Assembly: GCA_032718475.1 (NCBI GenBank)
Contig: JAUCBJ010001719.1
Location: forward strand, 2,812-66,811
Direction: 5' to 3'
DNA length: 64,000 nucleotides
Source: Nemertoderma westbladi
Taxonomy: Eukaryota > Animalia > Xenacoelomorpha
Shown here: positions 37,269-48,252 of the stretch, in pieces
Layout of the letters: each line of letters begins with the position of its first letter
How positions within the stretch are numbered: the first letter of the stretch is position 1
The notes under the pieces: model-generated
Database searches by the model: none
What the model was told of the DNA's origin: nothing
Seen by the model: only the letters and a program-made list of their open reading frames with translations
Position numbers and translations under genes: made by a program

Positions 37269-39619
37269 TATATAGCTTGTACCACAGTCTGACAGTACCA
37301 TAATCTGATAATCAGCACAGTCAGCCTACGCTAATTTCACAGCAAAGTCCTCGTAGTAGGCCATGGGTGGTACCTACGGTGCGCACTACAACTGACAACG
37401 GCAGTACAGCAATACGGTGTACCGTACCAATGCAGCAATGACTGAATGATTAGCGGTAACTATCTAAACTATTATATTATTATTACCGGTGGGCTAATTA
37501 CTACTAGTACTGGGCTAATTAGGCCTAAACTTTAATCACCGCAAGGGTTGCCGGGGTTAATTAGATTACATGATATGGCATGTCTGCAGTGTATGGTACC
37601 GGCTGACCAGTATTGCAGTATTGAGTACAGCCTGACAGTACCGGTACACATGGTACATGCAGACAACCCCAATGTATTGCAAAATTTGTCAGAAAACCCA
37701 GCTGATTTATCCTACAGTAATAATAATTTAACGCATTTTAAATTTGGATAAATAAATTTATTATAACTGCAATAACAGTTACACTGATGCTGCACGAAGA
37801 CCCCACGCAAATTCTACTTGGAAAATTTTCAAACTTTTGCTAAACAACATGTGTACCAAGTTTGGATAGATTTCATCAAGGATTGGCCGAGTTATTAACG
37901 TTTAAAATAAAATACTGAAAAAAAACGCGACAGAACGACAGAACGACAGAACGACAGGTTGATTAATGGTACCCCTACGCTAAGGCTCACTCACTTCGTG
38001 GCTCGCCCCACATGTGTACAGGCCGGTAGACAGATTGGCCATAGATAGCTAACGAGATGGAAATCTGAATTCCATACTATTCAGTCTATTATTGTGTTAT
38101 TGCCGTGTTAGACAGATCTCGTTTAATAAATGTCAGTCAATAACATTTTACCACTGCAGAAGACTTATTTATATCCATACTTGTTTTTTCCTCATAAATA
38201 TTGGGCTTATTATTTTTTGATGGGATTTCTTTGTAGTTGAATTGTCTAAGTTTTTACGCTGAGGCATTAACAGAGGGTACTGGTATTAAATTATTTATTT
38301 GAATATCATTACTGCATCGACTGAATTTAGTACTGCGTTCTGCATTGATTATATTCCTATAAACCATTCCTGGTTTCGCATATTGCACGTATCCATAGTT
38401 ATAAAGATTGCCAGTCTGCGTTTAGGAAATATATTTAAATACAAAACAGGACGAGCGCAACGACGCTTATAATAATTAAGACGAGTACGGCGTTGATTAT
38501 ATTCCTATACACCACCTGGCTTTGCATATTGAACGTGCGATTGGAAATAAGTTCGTTCTACCCTTCCGTGGGTGGTAGATGTCGCGGTTATGTATTGGTG
38601 GTTGGGAAGGGTGGGGGGGTGGAGAGATTAAAAGGGGTGAACACGTACTATCCCCCTTTCTTGGATTGATTGGTGGTGTGGGTAAATTTCTCAAAATCTG
38701 ATTTTGTGATACAGTCGCTCAATTTTAATTTGTATCTCATAACTGGGCCTCGTGCTGCGCGAAGGCCCCACGAACGTGTCCTGGAATATAGTGTCGTTAT
38801 TCAGGTACCTGCCCCCCCCCCCCCAAATTGTTCTACAAATCTTAATGAGATTGCATGAAATTTGAAACAGAGATAATTTCACCTCCCTCCTCTTTGCTGG
38901 GTGAGCCAGAATTTTTATTTTCGCTTTCAGTCTTTAGCTTCAAGCGTTTGAAAAAGGTGTCTCCGTCGATATTGCACCAGTTACACCGCAGTTAACCGCA
39001 TTAATGAGCGTTCGAAATTTGCTTGGTTTTACATCTGCGCTAGGCTATTTTATTCTATTTAATAAATACCCAAAATTCTGGAACATTATATTTATTTCAC
39101 ATGTAGCTACAGTATGCAATAGTAATACAAAGCAAGTTATACTAAGGAAAACAGTTACAGATAGTTACAGATAGTTCTTGATAGACAGTATCGGCGCTGC
39201 TTTTTTTTCACATTTACATTTAAAGATTAATGAATTTAAATTATTTATAATGTTAATAAAATATTTCACATATTATTGGGTGGGATCCAATGATCAATCG
39301 TTTATTTTTACTTATGAAAATTCAACAAAAGTTCAAGTTTTTTACACTGAATTTTCGAAACATATATGATATTAATTTCATGTGCGCATTTTTAAAACTA
39401 TGATAAATTTGTCTTTTAATTGGGAATCGGTTATGCTCGCTGTCACGTATCAGCCGTGAAAATTTATTTCAGTGCTTGAGTTTAATAAATTAATCTGAGT
39501 TGATTTAGTCTGTTTCTTACGATTTTGCTAACTTTATTAACACAGGTAGTAGATCTAAAAATATAAATCGGAAGTCACTAAGACTGTTCAATCTACCTTA
39601 ATAATTTCTACAAATTTAT

Positions 39620-40981
39620 ATTAATATAGCGAACTCATAGACATATGCTTCACACAACCAGCTCGCTTGGTATTAATACCGCTGCCGAGGTATCAGGTAT
39701 CGCATGGAGTTGGGTACGAGACAAACCCGATTAACTTTAAATCAATGTCTATTCCGAGTTCGATGGCTTCGAAAATAAAGTTCGCTACAGCAAACGTGCT
39801 GGTGGTTTCGAAGTTGGGTGCTGCTCCCCACTCTTTGAGTGTGATAGCACTCACTTCTGTCCAGTACATTTTGTACTTCACTCCTCCCCTCTCCTCCCAC
39901 ATGCTTCTTTCCCAACCGCTTATTCGTCACCCCAACCGCTTTTTCGTCCCCCCCCCCCCCCCCCCCCCCCCCTCCATTCCATAGGCGACGGTTCCCTGCA
40001 TCCACCCGTGTTAGTTGTACTGGTACTAATTCTTGCCATAGTTTGGGATACTACAGTATATTTAACAATTTACAGCACCCCGACAGTTCATGATAAAAAA
40101 TAATAAGAAAAAATAAGAAGTTCGATGGTAAGTATCCAACGAAGGGAGTGTATTGCTTCAACTGTTGTATAAAGTAGAATCAGATTTTTACAGTAGTTAT
40201 TATGTCGTAACACAAGATCGTTTGTTATCATGTAGGCTCAAATGTTAATTTGAGTGGTTCTTTGTAAATGAGTTTCAAATAATGATTTCATAATGGCGCA
40301 AGGATATTCTTTAAGGTTGGTGCGCGGCGAGTTACAACTTCCAATTTATCTCGTATCCAAATCAAAACGTCAAATGTATTTTTTAGAAAAGCATCATGTT
40401 TGCTACCAAACTCGTGTAAATAATATTCAACAAACTTGCCCAAACGCTCAGTAACTGATCCACAGGCGGAATGAATATACCTCAATGGATGATTTTCCTT
40501 GTGTGTTTTCACATTTCCAAATACTGTACCTGGTTGTGGGTCCTGGCCAATGAGCCAATCCTTGCATTCAATGATTGTTTTCAAATTTTCCATTTTAAAA
40601 CAAATTGAGTCACTTTAACTAAATAATCTACAGAAGGATCCAAATCGTGCTGTTTAAAGCAAGATTTATCTTCTAAGTGTCGTTCAACACTACTACAATA
40701 TGTTGAATTTTTCAGAACAACAAATCGTTGTGAACCTTTATCTTGAATCCTAATAACACTTTCGCTCCCTATGGTGCCACATGTTTTCTTTAATTTAGTT
40801 AAAGCAATTCTCTCACTTTTACTTAAATTATCTTTTGTTTTAATTCGTTTAGATACATCAAATAAATCAGTTCTAACCTCATTCAAAAATTGTTCTAGAA
40901 TCGGATTGTTAGAGTTCAATGAAAAACGAGATTTACCGGGCCACGGTTTTTTTCGTGGATGAAAATCAGATGCTGTTTCGC
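39620..40981 (-). pseudogene. Penelope-like element RT N-terminus with internal deletion and decayed C-terminal remnants
   Basis: DNLSKSERIALTKLKK, VIRIQDKG, FGNVKTHK..HPLRYIHS..GSVTE, then a jump to RRAPTLKNIL; weak GIY-YIG C-terminal similarity (GINTK). Confidence 0.8.
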
Positions 40982-43455
40982 GAAGGTAATGCAAGCTAGT
41001 ATGTTGTTGACGATGACTCACTATCGGAACGAAGGTAATGCAAGCTAGTATGTCGTTCAGGATGACTCACTATCGGCACAAAGGTAATGCAAGCTAGTAT
41101 GTCGCTGAGGGTGACTCACTATCGACACGAAGGTAATGCAAGCGAGTATGTCGTTGAGGCTGACTCACTATCGGCACTAAGGTAATGCAAGCTAGTATGT
41201 CGTTGAGGGTGACTCACTATCGGCACTAAGGTAATGCAAGCTAGTATGTCGTTTAGGGTGACTCATTATAGGCACGAAGGTAATGCAAGCGAGTATGTCG
41301 TTAAGGCTGACTCACTATCGGCACTAAGGTAATGCAAGCTAGTATGTCGTTGAGGGTGACTCATTATCGGCACGAAGGTAATGCAAGCTAGTATGTCGTT
41401 GAGGGTGACTCACTATCGGCACTAAGGTAATGCAAGCTAGTATGTCGTTCAGGGTGACTCATTATAGGCACGAAGGTAATGCAAGCTAGTATGTCGCTGA
41501 GGGTGACTCACTATCGACACGAAGGTAATGCAAGCGAGTATGTCGTTGAGGCTGACTCACTATCGGCACTAAGGTAATGCAAGCTAGTATGTCGTTCAGG
41601 GTGACTCACTATCGGCACGAAAGTAATGCAAGCTAGTATGTCGTTCAGGGTGACTCATTATAGGCACGAAGGTAATGCAAGCTAGTATGTCGTTCAGGAT
41701 GACTCACTATCGGCACAAAGGTAATGCAAGCTAGTATGTCGTTGAGGGTGACTCACTATCGGCACTAAGGTAATGCAAGCTAGTATGTCGCTGAGGGTGA
41801 CTCACTATCGGCACGAAGGTAATGCAAGCGAGTATGTCGTTCAGGGTGACTCACTATCGGCACTAAGGTAATGCAAGCTAGTATGTCGTTCAGGGTGACT
41901 CACTATCGACACGAAGGTAATGCAAGCGAGTATGTCGTTGAGGCTGACTCACTATCGGCACTAAGGTAATGCAAGCTAGTATGTCGTTGAGGGTGACTCA
42001 CTATCGGCACTAAGGTAATGCAAGCTAGTATGTCGCTGAGGGTGACTCACTATCGGCACGAAGGTAATGCAAGCGAGTATGTCGTTCAGGGTGACCCACT
42101 ATCGGCACGAAGGTAATGCAAGCTAGTATGTCGTTGAGGCTGACTCACTATCGGCACTAAGGTAATGCAAGCTAGTATGTCGCTGAGGGTGACTCACTAT
42201 CGGCGCTAAGGTAATGCAAGCTAGTATGTCGCTGAGGGTGACTCACTATCGGCACGAAGGTAATGCAAGCGAGTATGTCGTTCAGGATGACTCACTATCG
42301 GCACTAAGGTAATGCAAGCTAGTATGTTGTTGAGGGTGACTCACTATCGGCACTAAGGTAATGCAAGCTAGTATGTCGCTGAGGGTGACTCACTATCGGC
42401 ACTAAGGTAATGCAAGCTAGTATGTCGCTGAGGGTGACTCATTATCGGCACTAAGGTAATGCAAGCTAGTATGTCGCTGAGGGTGACTCACTATCGGCAC
42501 GAAGGTAATGCAAGCGAGTATGTCGTTCAGGGTGACTCACTATCGGCACGAAGGTAATGCAAGCTAGTATGTCGTTGAGGGTGACTCACTATCGGCACGA
42601 AGGTAATGCAAGCGAGTATGTCGTTGAGGGTGACTCACTATCAGCACTAAGGTAATGCAAGCTAGTATGTCGTTCAGGGTGACTCACTATCGACACGAAG
42701 GTAATGCAAGCTAGTATGTCGTTGAGGGTGACTCACTATCGGCACGAAGGTAATGCAAGCGAGTATGTCGTTGAGGGTGACTCACTATCGGCACGAAGGT
42801 AATGCAAGCGAGTATGTCGTTGAGGGTGACTCACTATCGGCACTAAGGTAATGCAAGCTAGTATGTCATTGAGGGTGACTCACTATTGGCACGAAGATAA
42901 CGCAAGCGAGTATGTCGTTGAGGGTGACTCACTATCGGCACTAAGGTAATGCAAGCTAGTATGTCGCTGAGGGTGACTCATTATAGGCACGAAGGTAATG
43001 CAAGCTAGTATGTCGTTCATGGTGACTCATTATCGGCACGAAGGTAATGCAAGCTAGTATGTCGTTCAGGGTGACTCATTATCGGCATGAAGGTAATGCA
43101 AGCTAGTTTGTCGTTGAGGGTGACTCACTATCGGCACGAAGGTAATGCAAGCGAGTATGTCGTTGAGGGTGACTCACTATCGGCACGAAGGTAATGCAAG
43201 CTAGTATGTCGTTCAGGATGACTCACTATCGGCACGAAGGTAATGCAAGCGAGTATGTCGTTGAGGGTGACTCACTATTGGCATGAAGGTAATGCAAGCT
43301 AGTATGTCGTTCAGGATGACTCACTATCGGCACGAAGGTAATGCAAGCGAGTATGTCGTTGAGGGTGACTCATTCTCAGCACGAAGGTAATGCAAGCGAG
43401 TATGTCGTTGAGGGTGACTCACTATCGACACGAAGGTAATGCAAGCGAGTATGTC
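40982..43455. repeat. 49-bp tandem array, about 50 copies
   Basis: Unit GAAGGTAATGCAAGCTAGTATGTCGTTGAGGGTGACTCACTATCGGCAC with a few recurrent variant positions. Confidence 0.98.
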
Positions 43456-44230
43456 ATACTGGAACAGCTGTCAACTCGTCGTCACGAGATGTTTGCGGTT
43501 CACCCCCTGTCCCTCCAGAGATTGATTCGCTAACTAGGAGATCCATGCAGGATCGAATCTCCTCGTACGTGTCGGGGATGATGAGCGATTGAGGTTTCTT
43601 TGATCCCAGAACGTCCTCGATGTCCTCGAAGGTCGTAATCCTTATGTGTCAAGATTTTGCGGCCAGCTGTACGCTAATGTTGCCATTACGTGAGCCACAG
43701 CCATATATGATACCATCCGCACGGATCTTCCTAAGGAAGTTTAGCAAACGCGAGCGATAAATCGTAAGATGGTCGCTAATCTGAACGCCTTTAGGAACAT
43801 GTTTGATATTTGAAAATATTTCAGAACGCGGGGAATGGTACTTAAACTTAACAATAATTGGTGGTGGTCGTTTAGAACCAGGGCGTTGAGGGCCAAGTAG
43901 ATGACAACCATCTACTGACTTCAATCCGTCGGAGACTTTTAGTGACCCCAAGATAGGTTCAATGATGTTTCGGACATCCTCACGTTTTCCTGTGGAACGA
44001 ATTTCGATACCGTGTAGCAGAATGTTGCATCTGCGTCGATATTGGTGTTCAGAGTCATTGTTTAGGAAACTGGCTGTAAGGAATTGTTGGTGTTCGTTAA
44101 TCTGCCTGCGTGTGCTTTCGCTTGCAGCTCTAGATATATCAATGCTGTGTTGCAGGTTCAGATAATTCGCCTCACTAGTTTTGCGTTGTTCAATTATTTC
44201 TCGGTAAACCGCGTCAAGTGTTATAGACAT
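43456..44230 (-). pseudogene. LINE-type ORF1 (coiled coil plus RRM-like RNA-binding protein)
   Basis: EHQYRRRCNILLHGI, RPPPIIVKF, ISDHLT..R..L motifs typical of CR1/L2/L1-type ORF1p; stop near 43649, frame continues to the array. Confidence 0.8.
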
Positions 44231-44818
44231 AGTTGAATATCGATATCAACTGGAGCCAGGGCCTGGCATTGTAGGACCGCGGTCAGTATGTAAAATGTAT
44301 GTTGGTTGCAGTAGGTAGGCCTACGGCAGTAACAGTGCTACATAGTGCTCAGTTAATCAGCGGAAGCCAGCGGAAGTTAATACACTAATAATTTTCGATT
44401 CCGGTTTTAGGGCTTTTGGTATAACCATCGTCGAAAGCTCCATTTTAAAACGTGCTCTCCTGATCCTCTTTGATTAGATGATAGTTTCACGATCGTCGAT
44501 CTTTAGGGGAAGACAAGTTGATGGAAGGGGTAAAGGTTTGATGGGCAACCCGGAAAACCGGCGCCAACGCAAATTACGGTACTTAAAATATAGCTCTATA
44601 CAGCAGAATTAGCCTTCAGTAGTTCAACTGGTATGTATGTGTTGGATTACACTCCTGTTGCATGATGACAGACATTCATTTGTAAATAGGATCCAAACGT
44701 ATAGTTTGTCCTACGTAGTCACGTTTTGATTGCCCAACGCCGATACGTTTCTATATGTGCTATTATATCGAACCGTGTAGGTTGTCCAGTGGCGTCACGT
44801 TTCGTTTACCAAACACTG

Positions 44819-45969
44819 TGTAAAAGCTTTTGTGGGATATAACTGGCCCTTTTGCTTCGCAATCCAGTTTCCCTTAATGCGCTCAAATACTCTAAAGAAA
44901 AACTCCCTAACTCAAATGATGCAAGCTACCGGCTGATTGGCTGATTTGCTGTATGTATGGCCTCTTTGTTCTGTTCGATCAACCAACCAGAGCAAGGTCA
45001 ACCAAGCAGAGTGATTCATCCTGTGTGTTGGCCAAGGGCTGCAAAAACCCGAATAGTTCAGCATTTAGACATTCGTGGAATCTGTGGAATATGGAGCTCT
45101 GCCAATGAGAGCTTTTCCTCTTTGTGCTGAAAGCTACCTGCAACAGCTCACAGGGTTCAGTGTGTTGGTTTTTCCAGAGCCTAGAACATCGGCTATGGAG
45201 TTATTCTGAATTATTCCAACATTAGAACGACTTTAATTATAAGAACACATAACTGTTACCGTACGGTACCTACTGCTGTATTGCACATTATTTACTGCGA
45301 TTTACTGTTTGTTATTAATTGTATCAGTTGTTTACATATTGTTATTTGGAGAATAACGATAAACGATCAGAAACCCCGATCTTCTTGATACACTAAGGTT
45401 AGAGAGACCGGTTACATATAGCAATTGCGACTTATATTATCGTGGTTTGTAGTGAATTGAATGCTATTTTATAGGCCCTACAAATGTCGGTTGCTATTCT
45501 CTTTATATATGATTAAAATCAGTGACTATCGGCAATTCAGTGTGCAGCGGTGTGCAATAGTCTGTATGTGCTTGTCCGTGTAACAAAGCATCTCCTAAAG
45601 AATGCACCTTATGTGTAACTTATAATCCATTCCGTTGTGTTTAGTGTAAGCCATAGCTCTGTTTATATAGATAGAGCGCCACGTCCTAAAGGAACTGCTA
45701 ATATTTCCCGAAAGTGAATGATATTTGTCAGAGATTATATATTAACGATCAATCGAATAGTACGGTAGGCCTGCACCGCAATCAAATTAAAGCATCCGAA
45801 TCCAGTCTCCCGGGTATATCCAGCGGGTGAATGGTCGCGCATAGACTGGCTTCGGCTAATGTTGGATTTATTTGTGTCAAATACTTGTCATAGGCTAAAG
45901 TCGATTTATAACCTAGAAGACATATAGATTTGGTGGGTTAAACTGCCAAAGGTCTTAAAAGCGCAAACA
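44819..45969 (+). repeat. 5' LTR of BEL copy 2
   Basis: TGTAAAAGC...GCGCAAACA; about 7 differences from the 3' LTR. Confidence 0.97.
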
Positions 45970-45980
45970 GTAACAGTTAT
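45970..45980 (+). promoter_or_regulatory. Non-tRNA primer-binding site, complementary to own LTR 45249-45259
   Basis: GTAACAGTTAT is the exact reverse complement of ATAACTGTTAC. Confidence 0.85.
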
Positions 45981-46322
45981 AATTCTGATTGCAGTGTAGG
46001 CAATAAATACAGTTTACTATTGTTCTGATAAGAACAATAACGGTTATTGCTTCTTTATTGCCGTAAGCAATAAAGCTGAAGTACCGGTCGACCGGTAACC
46101 TGTAGGCCTAACTACCTAACCACCGGAACCGGTACTTACAGCAGTATACTGGTAGGTACATCAGTATTATTTCGATTGTGATATATTGTGTATATTGTAG
46201 GCTGTTAGGGGATTAGGGATTGATCACCCCTTATTCCTTTGCATGATTTACTTATTTCTGTCAGTTTTATTTACTAGTAGGCTAATATTGAGCAGAAGAC
46301 GTGTAAGCCTGCTCAGATCGTA

Positions 46323-46920
46323 CAGATAATTTGTAGGCTGGACTGTTGTCTGACTGTTGATAGGTCTGAACGGATTGCAGTGCATGTAGAGTGTATGTCC
46401 GATAAAGTGCCGGTTAGGAACGTAGGGGCAGCTAGAGCTGTAAGGTAAACCCCCCCCCCCCCCCGAAAGAATAAGTCGTACTACTAGGTTAGAACGCATA
46501 CTAACTAACCATTTCGGAGTCTGCATGTCCTGTAGTTTATTTAGGCTTGATAGTAGTCTGCCAGCGTTTGGTCTGTACTTTGTTTGTATAATCTGTACAG
46601 GTACCGTAATATTTCTCATTCAGATAATTTATAGGCTAGATTGTTGTCTGGCTGTTGTTAGGTCTTACGAGATTGTGGTGTGTGTAGAGTGTATGTCCGA
46701 TAAAGTGCCGGTTAGGAAAGTAGGGGCATCTAGAGCTGTAAGGTAAATCCCCCCCCCCCCCCCCCCCGAAAGAATAAGTCGTACTACTCGGTTAGAACGC
46801 ATACTAACTAACCATTTCGGAGTCTGCACATACTGTAGTTTATTTGGGCTTGATAGTAGTCTGCCAGCGTTTGGTTTGTATTTTGTTTGAGTAGTTTGTA
46901 CGGGTAGCGTAATATTTATT
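46323..46920 (+). repeat. Tandem duplication of about 298 bp in the 5' leader, each unit with a poly(C) tract
   Basis: CAGATAATTT... units at 46323 and 46621; the C-tract region is single copy, with only C5, in copy 3. Confidence 0.85.
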
Positions 46921-48252
46921 ATTCAGAGTTTATGCGATTATTCGCAACATTCATAACCCCAAGTTTATTCCTACAGTAATTGTGCTTGTTATACATACCG
47001 TTATAGTTAAATTAACCCCGGTACTACATCAGGGCTGCTTGGCATAGGTAAAGACTGGTGATTTTGTGCCCCGGTCACTCCAGCAGATGCCATGGTTCTT
47101 TTAGCTGTTCAAGTATTTTTAACTACTGATAATTTGTTGTACAAGTACTTGTACCTAATTTAGGGTTTAGTGTACAGTGCTTTCCGAAGGTAATTAGCGT
47201 GTAGGCAGTATATTTGTGTTGTAAAGTGGTTAATAGGCACGTTGGTTCTGGTAGACCGCGGTAATTAACTTCTAGGTAGGAACACTCCGTGATACATAAC
47301 CTAGTACTTATAGCGATACGGCTATAAGTCGTCAGACGGTGGTATTTTTCCTATCTGGACAACGCAGTATATTTACTACTACTTATTATTTTCAAATGCC
47401 ATAGTACTCTGTCCGTTGTAATAACCAGATAATCTAACCCTTTGTTAGGCTGGTTTGTAGACTTCTTGTAAAATTACCCTAAAAATTCGTACGTGTAATT
47501 TTTGTGTTTATTTAGAGATTGTAATCTCACCCCGAATTGTATGTAATTTGTAGTATTAAGTAACTTAGGTAAATTAGAATTATTTGTTTTAGTGTCCAAC
47601 AAGTAGCACTTCACTGAGAGCACACAGCTTCTGTGTGGTGACTCTTTCCCAGAAATAATAACATTTATTTCAAATATTGACAAAAACCCATTAAAACGGG
47701 TATATATATTATAAATCAACTCAAACGATTTATAAATAGTAGGCCTGCCATACAACAACTAGGTCTCAATATCAGTTGGACTACTGCTCAAATAACGGTA
47801 ATAAAGTAAGTTAAAGTAACCAAGTAACCCCTAAAATTCAGAAATTCAATTATTCTAAAATAATTGATATACCGGTATTTACAATAGGCTTATTATATTT
47901 ATTTCTATAAATTTAGGCGGCAATTATTCCGGTATTCTGTAATTAATTCTAGTCCATAATTATACTTATATATACTATAAGTGTAAGCTGTATACCGGTA
48001 TTCACGATAGGCCTATTATATATTTATATATATTTGTGCTGAAATTACATACCGGTATTCTGTGACAAACCTAGTCTGTAATAATACTTATATATATTGT
48101 AAGTGTATACCGGTATTCTAATATATTATATATATATCACGTTACACTGAGTAACAGTATCGGTAATTAATTACTAGGCTAACAGTGATACTGAATTACT
48201 AGACTTGCTTAAACTGTAATATAGCAGTAGGCATTCAACTGTACAAACAAAC

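Noticed and set aside
36854-37303. Repetitive ORFs on both strands
   Set aside because: Produced by the 42-bp subterminal repeats of a TIR element.
38915-38950. Penelope-associated minimal hammerhead on the minus strand
   Set aside because: CTTGAAG...GAAAGC is too degenerate to support.
40982-43455. CRISPR-like array or tandem hammerhead ribozymes
   Set aside because: Units are contiguous with no unique spacers and no cas genes; no CTGANGA...GAAA core with proper stems on either strand.
45929-45950. TTTGGTGGG... as a tRNA primer-binding site
   Set aside because: It lies inside the LTR, is also present in the 3' LTRs, varies between copies and forms a hairpin.
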